DNA of 32,000 nucleotides from Mycobacterium tuberculosis H37Rv (GTDB lineage: Bacteria > Actinomycetota > Actinomycetes > Mycobacteriales > Mycobacteriaceae), in the NCBI RefSeq assembly GCF_000195955.2, contig NC_000962.3, positions 3,210,001-3,242,000 on the forward strand, written 5' to 3'. The notes under the pieces were generated by a model. That model did not search any database and was not told the origin of the DNA. It worked only from the letters and a program-made list of their open reading frames with translations. Below, piece by piece: positions 1-9,273 of the stretch. The position numbers and the translations under genes were made by a program. Every line of letters begins with the position of its first letter. Within the stretch, counting starts at the first letter, position 1.

Positions 1-1745
1 AACAAGGCGCGGGCCAGCTGGCAGATGATCTGCACCTCGCTGCGCACCTGATCGCTGGGCGGGTGCAGGCTACCACGCGACAGATGCACCATCGACATCG
101 AATCCTCAACCGACACCAATTGTTTGCGACCATTGCGGGTATCGCGATCGGTCCGACCCAGCGTCGGCAGGATCAGCGCGGTGGCGCCGTGGACAAGGTG
201 GCTGCGGTTGAGCTTGGTCGAGACTTGCACAGTCAGCGCGCACCTGCGCAAGGCCGCCTCGGTGACGGCGGTGTCGGGGGTGGCCGACGCGAAGTTTCCG
301 CCCATGCCCATGAAGACGCTGACCCGACCGTCGCGCATGGCCCGGATTGCGGCCACGGTGTCAAAGCCGTGCGCTCGGGGGCTGGTAATGCCGAACTCAC
401 GATCCAGCGCCGCCAGGAACTGCTCGGGCATCTTCTCCCAGATCCCCATCGTGCGGTCCCCTTGTACGTTGGAATGCCCGCGCACCGGGCACACCCCCGC
501 GCCGGGTTTGCCGATCATGCCCCGCAGCAGCAGCACGTTGGTGACCTCACCGATGGTGGCCACGGCGTGGGCGTGTTGGGTCAAGCCCATAGCCCAGCAG
601 ATGACCGTGCGCTGCGACGCCATCAACATCGCGGCGACCCGCTGAAGTTGCGCGAGTTCGATGCCGGTGGCGTCCATCACGGTGTCCAAGCCGACCTGCA
701 GAGTCCGGCGGCGGTACCCGTCGAATCCGGCACAATGGTTGTCGACGAACGACCGGTCGACAACGCTGCCGGGGACCCTCTCCTCGGCCTCCAACAACAA
801 CCTGCCTAACCCGGCGAACAATGCCATGTCCCCGCCGAGGCGGATCTGCACGAACTCGTCGGCGATCGGGATACCATGTCCCACAACCCCGTTCACCTTC
901 TGCGGATCTTTGAACCGAATCAACCCGGCCTCGGGCAGCGGGTTCACGGCGATGATCTTGGCGCCGTTGGCCTTCGCTTTCCCCAGCACCGACAGCATGC
1001 GGGGATGATTGGTACCGGGGTTTTGTCCGGCGATCACGATCAGGTCGGCGTGCTCGACGTCACCGATGGTCACCGAGCCTTTTCCGATTCCGATCGAGTC
1101 GGTCAGCGCCGCACCCGAGGACTCGTGGCACATGTTGGAGCAGTCGGGCAGGTTGTTGGTGCCGAAAGAGCGCACGAGCAGCTGGTAACAGAACGCCGCT
1201 TCGTTGCTGGTGCGCCCCGATGTGTAGAACACGGCCCGGTCGGGACTGTCCAACCCGTTGAGCTGCTCGGCGATCAGCTGATAAGCGGCATCCCAGCTGA
1301 TGGGCCGGTAGTGGTCATCACCGGGGCGCAAGACCATCGGGTGGGCGAGCCGGCCTTGCTGGGACAGCCAATATTCGGGCTTCGCGGACAGCTCCGCCAC
1401 CGAGTGCCGAGCGAAGAACTCCGCAGTGACGGTACGCTTGGTGGCCTCTTCGGCGACTGCCTTGGCGCCGTTCTCGCAGAACTCGGCCAGCTTGCGTCCG
1501 CCGGGCTCCTCCGGCCACGCGCAGCCTGGGCAGTCGAAGCCGTTACGCTGATTCAACCGAGCCAGCGCCGCCGCGGTGCGCAGCGCGCCCATCTGCTGCA
1601 TCCCCCGCTGCAGCGATACCATCACCGCCCGCACGCCCGCGGCCTCGCGTTTGCGCGGCGCCACCGTTACCGCCTGCTCGTCATAGTCGGCGAGGACGTC
1701 GCGAGACGCCGCCGACCGCTGCCACCTCACCGCCTCAACGTACAT
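1..1745 (-). CDS. fdhF: Molybdopterin-dependent oxidoreductase, FdhF/YdeP-like. N-terminal ~581 codons only; the 3' end runs off the window start. Recalled as Rv2900c.
   Basis: Absent from the ORF track because there is no stop inside the window. Hand translation of the minus strand from ATG (cat 1743-1745) gives MYVEAVRWQRSAASRDVLADYDEQAVTVAPRKREAAGVRAVMVSLQRGMQQMGALRTAAALARLNQRNGFDCPGCAWPEEPG... An in-frame stop at 1803-1805 leaves ATG 1745 as the first start. The plus-strand ORFs 63..809 and 876..1787 are Arg/His/Gly-rich antisense shadows. Confidence 0.85.
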   Translation of the reverse strand, partial: MYVEAVRWQRSAASRDVLADYDEQAVTVAPRKREAAGVRAVMVSLQRGMQQMGALRTAAALARLNQRNGFDCPGCAWPEEPGGRKLAEFCENGAKAVAEEATKRTVTAEFFARHSVAELSAKPEYWLSQQGRLAHPMVLRPGDDHYRPISWDAAYQLIAEQLNGLDSPDRAVFYTSGRTSNEAAFCYQLLVRSFGTNNLPDCSNMCHESSGAALTDSIGIGKGSVTIGDVEHADLIVIAGQNPGTNHPRMLSVLGKAKANGAKIIAVNPLPEAGLIRFKDPQKVNGVVGHGIPIADEFVQIRLGGDMALFAGLGRLLLEAEERVPGSVVDRSFVDNHCAGFDGYRRRTLQVGLDTVMDATGIELAQLQRVAAMLMASQRTVICWAMGLTQHAHAVATIGEVTNVLLLRGMIGKPGAGVCPVRGHSNVQGDRTMGIWEKMPEQFLAALDREFGITSPRAHGFDTVAAIRAMRDGRVSVFMGMGGNFASATPDTAVTEAALRRCALTVQVSTKLNRSHLVHGATALILPTLGRTDRDTRNGRKQLVSVEDSMSMVHLSRGSLHPPSDQVRSEVQIICQLARAL

Positions 1746-1802
1746 CCACGACCGACCGACTGCCGCACACAGCCGATTGACGTGTGACGGCGCTTGGGGC
1801 AG

Positions 1803-2108
1803 CTATTCCGGCAGGCGCAGCTCGGGTTTTTCGACTTCCTCGATGTTGACGTCCTTGAACGTGACCACCCGCACCTGTTTGACGAACCGTGCCGGCCGGT
1901 ACATGTCCCACACCCAGGCGTCAGCCAGCCGCAGCTCGAAGTACACCTCACCGTCGGTATTCCGCGGCACCATCTCCACACTGTTTGCCAAATAGAAACG
2001 TCGCTCGGTTTCTACGACGTAGCTGAACTGGCCGACGATGTCCTTGTATTCGCGATACAGCGAGAGCTCCATCTCGGTTTCATACTTTTCGAGATCCTCT
2101 GCACTCAT
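1803..2108 (-). CDS. Small conserved actinobacterial protein of unknown function (101 aa, Rv2901c-like, DUF2469-type)
   Basis: Track ORF 1803..2222 trimmed to internal ATG 2108 (MSAEDLEKYETEMELSLYREYKDIVGQFSYVVETERRFYLAN...). The upstream 38 codons are low-complexity Gly/Ser/Arg. The 101-aa length matches my recollection of the annotation. Confidence 0.8.
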   Translation of the reverse strand: MSAEDLEKYETEMELSLYREYKDIVGQFSYVVETERRFYLANSVEMVPRNTDGEVYFELRLADAWVWDMYRPARFVKQVRVVTFKDVNIEEVEKPELRLPE

Positions 2109-2161
2109 CTGCTCAGACGTCCTTCTCCCTGCCGGTTCCCCGGCTTCCCCGCTCAGTGCCC

Positions 2162-2956
2162 CTAAGTGCCCTGAGCGCGACCCGTGGCCCGCATTGTCGC
2201 TGGGTGGGAACTCTTGCTCCATCTTCCCTCACCCGTCTGTGCCGTCCCGTCCCGAGGGTCGGGTTGGCCGTCGGCGACCTCTGCGGTGTTCGACCCACTC
2301 GCCACCCGGCGAACATTGATGAACGAGTAACGGTGCTGCGGGCAGGGTCCCAATCGGGCCAGCGCCCGGCTGTGCGCCGGGGTGCTGTAACCCTTGTGCT
2401 CCGCGAAACCGTACCCGGGGTGATCGGCGTCCAACGCAACCATCACGCGGTCCCGGCTGACCTTGGCGAGCACGCTAGCCGCGGCGATGCAGGCGGCTGC
2501 CGCGTCGCCACCGATCACCGGCAACGACGGCATCGGCAGTCCTGGCACGCGAAAGCCGTCGCTGAGCACATAACCGGGCCGCACCGCCAGACCGGCCACC
2601 GCGCGCCGCATACCTTCGATATTGGCCACGTGCACGCCGCGGCGGTCGACCTCGGCCGACGGGATGAACACCACGTGATAGGCCACCGCATACCGGCAGA
2701 TCAGCGGGAACAGCTTCTCCCGCGCTTGCTCGCTGAGCTTCTTCGAATCATCAAGGGCGGCAAGACTTGCTATCCGCCCGGGGCCAAGCACGCAGGCCGC
2801 GACCACCAACGGGCCAGCGCAGGCGCCGCGACCCACTTCGTCGACCCCGGCCACCGGCCCCAGACCACCACGATGCAGCGCGGACTCCAGGGTGCGCATT
2901 CCCCGCAAACCCCCAGATTTACGGATCACCGTCCGCGGTGGCCAGGTCTTGGTCAT
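2162..2956 (-). CDS. rnhB: Ribonuclease HII
   Basis: 264-aa ORF with the RNase HII motifs GVDEVGRG and DDSKKL. ATG at 2954-2956, 13 nt after the lepB stop. Confidence 0.93.
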
Positions 2957-2969
2957 ATTCCAGCCATGG

Positions 2970-3854
2970 CTACCGACCTTGCTGGGGATTCACCGAACGC
3001 ACAACACCCCAACGCGACGGCGGCCACACGATCAACCTGGCCTTACCGATGACGTTGGCCACCGGCACGGTCCCCGGTAGCGGATCGTCAGTACATAGCA
3101 ACGGGCAGTGAGCGCGGGAATCCGCCGAATGGGTGCGGTTGTCGCCCATCACCCAGACACGCCCGGGCGGGACGGTGACCGGCCCGAACTCGCTGCCCAG
3201 GCACGGGTATATCGACGGGTCGGCCATCATGGTGGCCGGATCCAGGTATGGCTCCTTCAGTGGCCTGCCGTTGACCGTCAGGCCGGTGTCGGACCGGCAT
3301 TGAACCGTCTGTCCGCCGACCGCGATGACACGCTTGACCAGGTCGTTCTCGTCGGGAGGCACGAAACCGATGAACGACAACGCGTTCTGCACCCAGCGCA
3401 CGGCGACGTTGTGCGAACGGATCGACTTGTAACCAACGTTCCACGACGGCGGTCCCCTGAAGACGATGACGTCGCCAGGTTGCGGTGAGCCGAAGCGGTA
3501 GCTGAGTTTGTCCACCATGATGCGGTCGCCGACGCACGTCGAACACCCGTGCAACGTGGGTTCCATCGATTCCGACGGAATCAGATAAGGGCGCGCGACA
3601 AACGTCAGCATGACGTAGTAGAGCACCACAGCAATCACCGCCAGCACCGCGAACTCCCGCAGCGTTGATCGCTTCGCGGGCCGCGGCTCGTCCGTTTTGG
3701 CCGCCTTGGAGTCGCCTTCGGAGTCCGCATCCGGGGCTGCGTCGAACGGGGCTGCGTCGAAGACCTGGCCGGCAATGTCCGGGTCCCGGGAGGAGAGCTC
3801 CGGCTCTGCCGGACCCGGCTGGCGCTCCGATGGGGAGTCCGTGGTTTCGGTCAC
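2970..3854 (-). CDS. lepB: Signal peptidase I
   Basis: 294-aa ORF with a GTG start (cac 3852-3854). TM helix [19 protein letters not shown], catalytic Ser box SMEPTL, Lys box KRVIAVGGQ, and [11 protein letters not shown]. Confidence 0.95.
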
Positions 3855-3911
3855 GAGATCAGCGTAGCCAGCGCAGGTGGCGGCTTTCGAACATCGCCGA
3901 GACGTTCCCGG

Positions 3912-4253
<342 letters not shown>

Positions 4254-4398
4254 TGGAAATGACCATCCTTGGGGTCGCGGCGTGGTTACCCCCCACACGC
4301 AGCGTGCGGTGGTCACCAAGCCGGTGGGTTCGGGCTTATTGGTGCATCTCGCAGCAGGCGGCACGCAACCCGGCCGACCACCGCGACAGACAACTGCT

Positions 4399-4411
4399 CA
4401 ATTGTGCCAGA
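4399..4411 (-). promoter_or_regulatory. Candidate shared promoter/operator motif TCTGGCACAATTG (gene sense), copy 1, 146 nt upstream of rplS
   Basis: Plus-strand caattgtgccaga, identical to 7779-7791 upstream of rpsP. Both copies have the same orientation relative to the downstream gene. AT-rich in a GC-rich genome. Confidence 0.3.
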
Positions 4412-4627
4412 CGGTACGCATGCAGTGAAATCACAGGAAATCTCCGGTGGTTCGCGGCCGTCGAAAAGCGCCCGCAAATGGTACACATGACTTACATATG
4501 ACTAGGGTCAAACCGCGCGTGTGGAAACCCGAAGCTTGGCGTGACACCCAACAGAGGGCACTTAAGAGGGCAATGCGGCCGCCTACCTGCACGTTTTCGC
4601 GATGTCAGAGGATGCCGAGGGAGAACA

Positions 4628-5572
4628 ATGCGAGCACGGCCGCTGACGTTGCTCACCGCTTTGGCGGCGGTGACATTGGTGGTGGTTGCGGGCTGCGAGG
4701 CCCGAGTCGAGGCCGAAGCATATAGCGCGGCCGACCGCATTTCGTCTCGACCGCAAGCGCGACCTCAGCCGCAGCCGGTGGAGCTACTGCTGCGCGCCAT
4801 CACGCCGCCTAGGGCTCCGGCGGCGTCGCCGAACGTCGGGTTTGGCGAACTGCCTACCCGGGTCCGGCAGGCAACCGATGAGGCCGCCGCCATGGGCGCC
4901 ACCCTCTCGGTGGCGGTGCTCGATCGCGCTACTGGCCAGCTGGTCTCCAACGGCAACACGCAGATTATCGCTACCGCGTCGGTGGCCAAGCTGTTCATCG
5001 CCGACGATCTGCTGCTGGCCGAGGCCGAGGGCAAAGTCACATTGTCCCCAGAGGACCATCATGCGTTGGACGTCATGCTGCAGTCATCCGACGATGGTGC
5101 GGCCGAGCGATTCTGGAGTCAGGACGGCGGCAATGCCGTCGTCACTCAAGTCGCGCGCCGATATGGGCTCAGGTCGACCGCGCCTCCCAGCGACGGGCGC
5201 TGGTGGAACACAATCAGCTCCGCGCCAGACCTGATCCGCTACTACGACATGCTGCTCGACGGGTCCGGCGGCCTACCACTGGATCGGGCCGCCGTCATCA
5301 TCGCCGACCTGGCCCAGTCCACACCGACCGGGATCGACGGCTACCCGCAGCGGTTCGGCATCCCCGACGGTTTGTACGCCGAACCGGTCGCAGTCAAACA
5401 GGGCTGGATGTGCTGTATCGGCAGCAGCTGGATGCATCTGTCCACCGGGGTGATCGGCCCGGAACGCCGCTACATCATGGTGATCGAGTCACTGCAGCCC
5501 GCCGACGACGCCACCGCTCGAGCAACCATCACGCAAGCCGTCAGAACGATGTTTCCCAACGGCCGGATCTGA
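4628..5572 (+). CDS. lppW: Lipoprotein with a class-A beta-lactamase-like (serine hydrolase) fold, LppW
   Basis: Track ORF 4541..5572 trimmed to ATG 4628, preceded by GAGGGAG 4 nt upstream. Signal peptide plus lipobox (MRARPLTLLTALAAVTLVVVAG|C). Motifs S-V-A-K, S-D-D and K-Q-G occur in beta-lactamase order. Confidence 0.9.
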   Translation: MRARPLTLLTALAAVTLVVVAGCEARVEAEAYSAADRISSRPQARPQPQPVELLLRAITPPRAPAASPNVGFGELPTRVRQATDEAAAMGATLSVAVLDRATGQLVSNGNTQIIATASVAKLFIADDLLLAEAEGKVTLSPEDHHALDVMLQSSDDGAAERFWSQDGGNAVVTQVARRYGLRSTAPPSDGRWWNTISSAPDLIRYYDMLLDGSGGLPLDRAAVIIADLAQSTPTGIDGYPQRFGIPDGLYAEPVAVKQGWMCCIGSSWMHLSTGVIGPERRYIMVIESLQPADDATARATITQAVRTMFPNGRI

Positions 5573-5596
5573 CGCTCGTCCGGTCGCCTCACCGGC

Positions 5597-5656
5597 GCGA
5601 GCAGACGCAAAAGCCACCGCACGTTCGGCGTGTCGGGGGATTTCGCGTCTGCTCGC
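5597..5656. terminator. Long hairpin between convergent lppW and trmD, a candidate bidirectional terminator (TRIT-like family)
   Basis: GCGAGCAGACGC (5597-5608) pairs perfectly with GCGTCTGCTCGC (5645-5656), flanked by AAA/TTT. It lies between the lppW stop (5570-5572) and the trmD stop (5665-5667). The arms are shared with the hairpin at 9219-9273. Confidence 0.6.
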
Positions 5657-5664
5657 CAGCGGGG

Positions 5665-6357
5665 CTAGTCGGGGTGGGACAGGTCGGGGCGTCGTTCGCG
5701 GGTGCGCTGCAGCGAGACCTCTCTGCGCCAGGCGGCAATTCGGGCATGGTCGCCGGAGAGTAGGACCTCGGGTACATCGAGGCCACGCCAGCTCGCCGGC
5801 CGGGTGTAGCTCGGACCCTCAAGGAGCCCGTCCAGGCCCGTTGAGTGCGAATCATCTTGGTGGGAAGCGGGATTGCCGAGAACACCGGCCAACAGTCGCA
5901 GCACGGCTTCGACCATCACCACGGCCGCCGACTCCCCGCCGGGCAATACGTAGTCGCCGATCGAGACTTCTTCGACGCGCATTCGCCGGGCGGCATCCTG
6001 CACGACCCGCTGGTCGATGCCTTCGTAGCGGCCGCAGGCGAACACCAGATGGCTCTCGGTGGTCCAGCGCTGGGCGGTGGCCTGGGTAAACAACACACCG
6101 GCGGGCGTGGGAACAATCAACAACGTTTCGCTGGAACAAATTTCGTCAAGCGCTTCACCCCACACCGGCGCCTTCATCACCATTCCCGGGCCGCCGCCGT
6201 AGGGTGCGTCGTCCACCGAGTGATGCACATCGTGGGTCCAGCGCCGCAGGTCGTGCACGTTAAGGTCGACCAGGCCCGATTCGATCGCCTTGCCCGGCAA
6301 CGACTGTCGCAACGGGTCCAGGCAGGCGGGGAAGATCGTCACGATATCGATGCGCAC
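5665..6357 (-). CDS. trmD: tRNA (guanine37-N1)-methyltransferase
   Basis: 230-aa ORF with a GTG start (cac 6355-6357), 3 nt after the rimM stop. TrmD motifs [11 protein letters not shown] and [11 protein letters not shown]. Confidence 0.95.
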   Translation of the reverse strand: MRIDIVTIFPACLDPLRQSLPGKAIESGLVDLNVHDLRRWTHDVHHSVDDAPYGGGPGMVMKAPVWGEALDEICSSETLLIVPTPAGVLFTQATAQRWTTESHLVFACGRYEGIDQRVVQDAARRMRVEEVSIGDYVLPGGESAAVVMVEAVLRLLAGVLGNPASHQDDSHSTGLDGLLEGPSYTRPASWRGLDVPEVLLSGDHARIAAWRREVSLQRTRERRPDLSHPD

Positions 6358-6360
6358 GCC

Positions 6361-6891
6361 TTACTCCAGATTCAGCAAGCCATGGGGCGGATCAATCTCA
6401 ACGATGCCGTCGTCCAATGACACCGACGTGACGATGGCACGCACAAACGGCACCAAAACCTCATCGGAATCACGCTTGACCGCCAGCAACTCACCAGCGG
6501 CGGTGTGCACCACTTCGGTGACGACACCAACACCCTCCCCCGTCGCCGTCTGGACCATAAGCCCCACCAGCTGGTGATCGTAATAGGTGTCCGGCTCGTC
6601 GATCGGGGGCAAGTCATCGGCGTCGATCACGAACAAGCTGCCGCGCAACGCATCGGCTGCGTCTCGATCGGCCACTCCAGCGAGTCGCACCAACAGGCGG
6701 CCGCCGTGCTGCCGCACACTTTCGATGACGTAACTCACCGCACTGCCCTCGGCACCACCGTCAAAAGGCCCCTTAGCGCGCAACCTGGTACCCGGCGCAA
6801 ACCGGTCAGCTGGGTCGTCGGTGCGGATCTCGACGACGACCTCGCCGGTGACACCGTGCGACTTCACCACCCGCCCGACTACCAGCTCCAT
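6361..6891 (-). CDS. rimM: 16S rRNA processing protein RimM
   Basis: Track ORF 6361..6948 trimmed to ATG 6891 ([27 protein letters not shown]...). This start avoids overlapping the upstream KH-protein gene, whose stop is at 6905. Confidence 0.9.
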
Positions 6892-6904
6892 GAGCGGGGC
6901 TCCG

Positions 6905-7147
6905 CTACTGGTCGGTGTCCACCACGTCGACGCGGATACCGCGGCCACCGATACCGGCTACCAGAGTGCGCAATGCGGTAGCGGTGCGTCCCCCACGACC
7001 GATCACCTTGCCCAGGTCGTCTGGATGAACGTGGACTTCGACGGTGCGCCCCCGCCGACTGGTTATCAGGTCTACCCGGACATCGTCAGGATTGTCGACG
7101 ATCCCACGGACCAGATGCTCAACAGCGTCAACGACGACGGCGCTCAT
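6905..7147 (-). CDS. Small KH-domain RNA-binding protein (UPF0109/KhpA-like, Rv2908c-like)
   Basis: 80-aa ORF with the KH GxxG loop [18 protein letters not shown]. It sits in the conserved rpsP-KH-rimM-trmD order, 7 nt after the rpsP stop. Confidence 0.88.
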
Positions 7148-7154
7148 TTCCCCG

Positions 7155-7643
7155 TCAGCTTTCCGCCGTCAGCTCGGCCTGCTCGCCACCCAGCGCCGGC
7201 GTGTCCGGCTGCTCAGGCTGCGGCGCTGGCTCAGCAGCCTTGGCAGCCTTTTTGGCCGGCGACTTCTTCTTCGGTTTGGTGGCCTCGGTGGTAGGACCAC
7301 CGTCGGCGGCGGCCAACGCGGCGTTGAACACCTCGAGCTTGCTGGGCTTGGGTGCGGCGACCTTCAACCGGCCCTGAGCGCCAGGTAGGCCCTTAAACTT
7401 CTGCCAATCCCCGGTGATCTTCAGCAGCTTGAGGACGGGCTCGGTGGGCTGAGCACCCACCGAGAGCCAGTACTGGGCACGCTCGGAGTTGATCTCGATG
7501 AGACTCGGCTCTTCTTTGGGGTGGTACCGGCCGATTACCTCGATCGCTCGGCCGTCGCGGCGGGTGCGCGCATCGGCGACGGCGACGCGGTACTGAGGAT
7601 TGCGGATCTTGCCAAGCCGAGTGAGCTTGATCTTCACAGCCAT
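7155..7643 (-). CDS. rpsP: 30S ribosomal protein S16, with an Ala/Lys/Pro-rich C-terminal tail
   Basis: 162-aa ORF beginning [49 protein letters not shown] upstream of ATG 7641-7643. Confidence 0.96.
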
Positions 7644-7778
7644 GATTGAGCGCTCCTATTGGTGTCACGCTGCAATTCAGCGACCCGGGCGGGATGCCCG
7701 GATCCGGTTTTGCCTCGCGTGTATGACCACCGGGCGGCAACCCCGAACAGGACAAGTCGTCGCGCGGTGGACAGCCGC

Positions 7779-7791
7779 CAATTGTGCCAGA
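7779..7791 (-). promoter_or_regulatory. Candidate shared promoter/operator motif TCTGGCACAATTG (gene sense), copy 2, 136 nt upstream of rpsP
   Basis: Plus-strand caattgtgccaga, identical to 4399-4411 upstream of rplS. Confidence 0.3.
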
Positions 7792-7826
7792 ACGTGATGC
7801 TGGGGCAGTAATTCGCCCAGCGGGCT

Positions 7827-8270
7827 TCACATCATTTTCTGGAAGCACTTGGTTTCGACCCGCCTGATGATCCGCCAGCCATCGGGGGTGCGCACGAAAT
7901 CGTCGTCGTACCACAGTCCACAGAACAGCACTTGCTGCCGGTCGCCGGCGAACACCATCGGGTTGAAGCAGATCACCCGCGACGACGCGGTATCGCCGTC
8001 GACACGGACCGAGAAGTTGCCCAACATGTGCGCATATACCGGGAAGTTTCCCAGCACCTGCGACAGCCATTGCTTGATCTTCGGATACCTGCCGTCGATG
8101 CCACCTAGCGCGCGATAGTCGATATAGGCGTCGGGGGTGAACACCCGGTCAAGATCGTCGAATCGGCGCTGGTCAATCGCGCTGGAGTAGTCCACCAGCA
8201 ACTGCTGGATTTCCAACCGGTCGGAAATTTCGGCCACGCTCAACATGCTCCGATCCAACACCGCACACAT
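7827..8270 (-). CDS. Conserved hypothetical protein, probable NTF2/SnoaL-like fold (Rv2910c-like)
   Basis: 147-aa ORF with ordinary coding composition. The sequence pattern (IQQLLVDYSSAIDQRRFDDLDRVFTPDAYIDY... WRIIRR) resembles SnoaL-like proteins. The fold assignment is from memory only. Confidence 0.72.
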   Translation of the reverse strand: MCAVLDRSMLSVAEISDRLEIQQLLVDYSSAIDQRRFDDLDRVFTPDAYIDYRALGGIDGRYPKIKQWLSQVLGNFPVYAHMLGNFSVRVDGDTASSRVICFNPMVFAGDRQQVLFCGLWYDDDFVRTPDGWRIIRRVETKCFQKMM

Positions 8271-8338
8271 CGGCCGGACAGCCCCCGACCAGCCCGAGAA
8301 TAGGCCTACCGGAGCCCTGGAAGTTAAACTCTGCGCCC

Positions 8339-9214
8339 ATGCGAAAGCTCATGACCGCGACCGCCGCGCTCTGTGCCTGCGCAGTCACCGTCAGTGCGGG
8401 TGCCGCGTGGGCCGATGCCGACGTGCAGCCGGCCGGCTCCGTGCCGATCCCCGATGGCCCGGCTCAGACCTGGATCGTGGCCGACCTCGATAGCGGTCAG
8501 GTGCTAGCCGGCCGCGACCAAAACGTGGCCCATCCGCCCGCGAGCACCATCAAGGTGCTGTTGGCGCTGGTGGCACTCGACGAGCTGGACCTGAACTCCA
8601 CGGTCGTCGCCGACGTCGCCGACACACAGGCCGAGTGCAACTGCGTCGGCGTCAAACCGGGGCGCAGCTACACCGCGCGCCAGCTGCTCGACGGCCTGTT
8701 GCTGGTGTCGGGCAACGACGCCGCCAACACGTTGGCGCACATGCTGGGTGGCCAAGACGTCACCGTGGCCAAGATGAACGCCAAAGCCGCCACCCTAGGT
8801 GCGACGTCCACCCACGCGACGACGCCGTCCGGCCTAGACGGACCCGGCGGCTCCGGGGCGTCCACCGCGCACGACCTGGTGGTCATCTTCCGGGCCGCGA
8901 TGGCCAATCCGGTGTTCGCGCAGATCACCGCCGAGCCCTCGGCGATGTTCCCCAGCGATAACGGCGAACAGCTGATCGTCAACCAGGACGAGCTGCTGCA
9001 GCGGTACCCGGGCGCGATCGGCGGCAAGACGGGCTACACCAACGCCGCTCGCAAGACGTTCGTGGGTGCCGCCGCCCGCGGCGGCCGCCGCCTGGTGATC
9101 GCCATGATGTACGGGCTGGTCAAAGAGGGCGGACCGACGTATTGGGATCAGGCTGCGACCCTGTTCGACTGGGGTTTCGCCCTCAACCCGCAGGCCAGCG
9201 TCGGCTCGCTCTAG
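8339..9214 (+). CDS. dacB2: D-alanyl-D-alanine carboxypeptidase (low-molecular-weight PBP)
   Basis: 291-aa ORF with an N-terminal signal peptide. PBP motifs S-T-I-K, S-G-N and K-T-G (ASTIKVL, VSGNDAA, GKTGYT). Confidence 0.93.
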   Translation: MRKLMTATAALCACAVTVSAGAAWADADVQPAGSVPIPDGPAQTWIVADLDSGQVLAGRDQNVAHPPASTIKVLLALVALDELDLNSTVVADVADTQAECNCVGVKPGRSYTARQLLDGLLLVSGNDAANTLAHMLGGQDVTVAKMNAKAATLGATSTHATTPSGLDGPGGSGASTAHDLVVIFRAAMANPVFAQITAEPSAMFPSDNGEQLIVNQDELLQRYPGAIGGKTGYTNAARKTFVGAAARGGRRLVIAMMYGLVKEGGPTYWDQAATLFDWGFALNPQASVGSL

Positions 9215-9218
9215 CACC

Positions 9219-9273
9219 GCGAGCAGACGTGGGCGCTGGTGCGCCCATCATGTTCTTTTGCGTCTGCTGGCGC
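9219..9273. terminator. Composite hairpin between convergent dacB2 and the TetR gene. The inner stem-loop plus T-tract looks like an intrinsic terminator for dacB2 (TRIT-like family).
   Basis: Outer arms AGCAGACG (9222-9229) and CGTCTGCT (9261-9268), plus 3 further bp after one mismatch. Inner perfect 7-bp stem TGGGCGC/GCGCCCA (9230-9236/9241-9247) with tetraloop TGGT, followed by TCATGTTCTTTTG. Confidence 0.65.

Noticed and set aside
63-1787. Plus-strand ORFs 63..809, 124..645, 661..1008 and 876..1787
   Set aside because: Hand translation of the minus strand gives a continuous molybdopterin oxidoreductase sequence from ATG 1745. The plus-strand ORFs are compositionally aberrant shadows.
4399-4411. 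TGGCAC within the shared 13-mer resembles the -24 element of sigma-54 promoters
   Set aside because: No TTGC -12 element follows at the required spacing in either copy. To my knowledge, mycobacteria lack RpoN.
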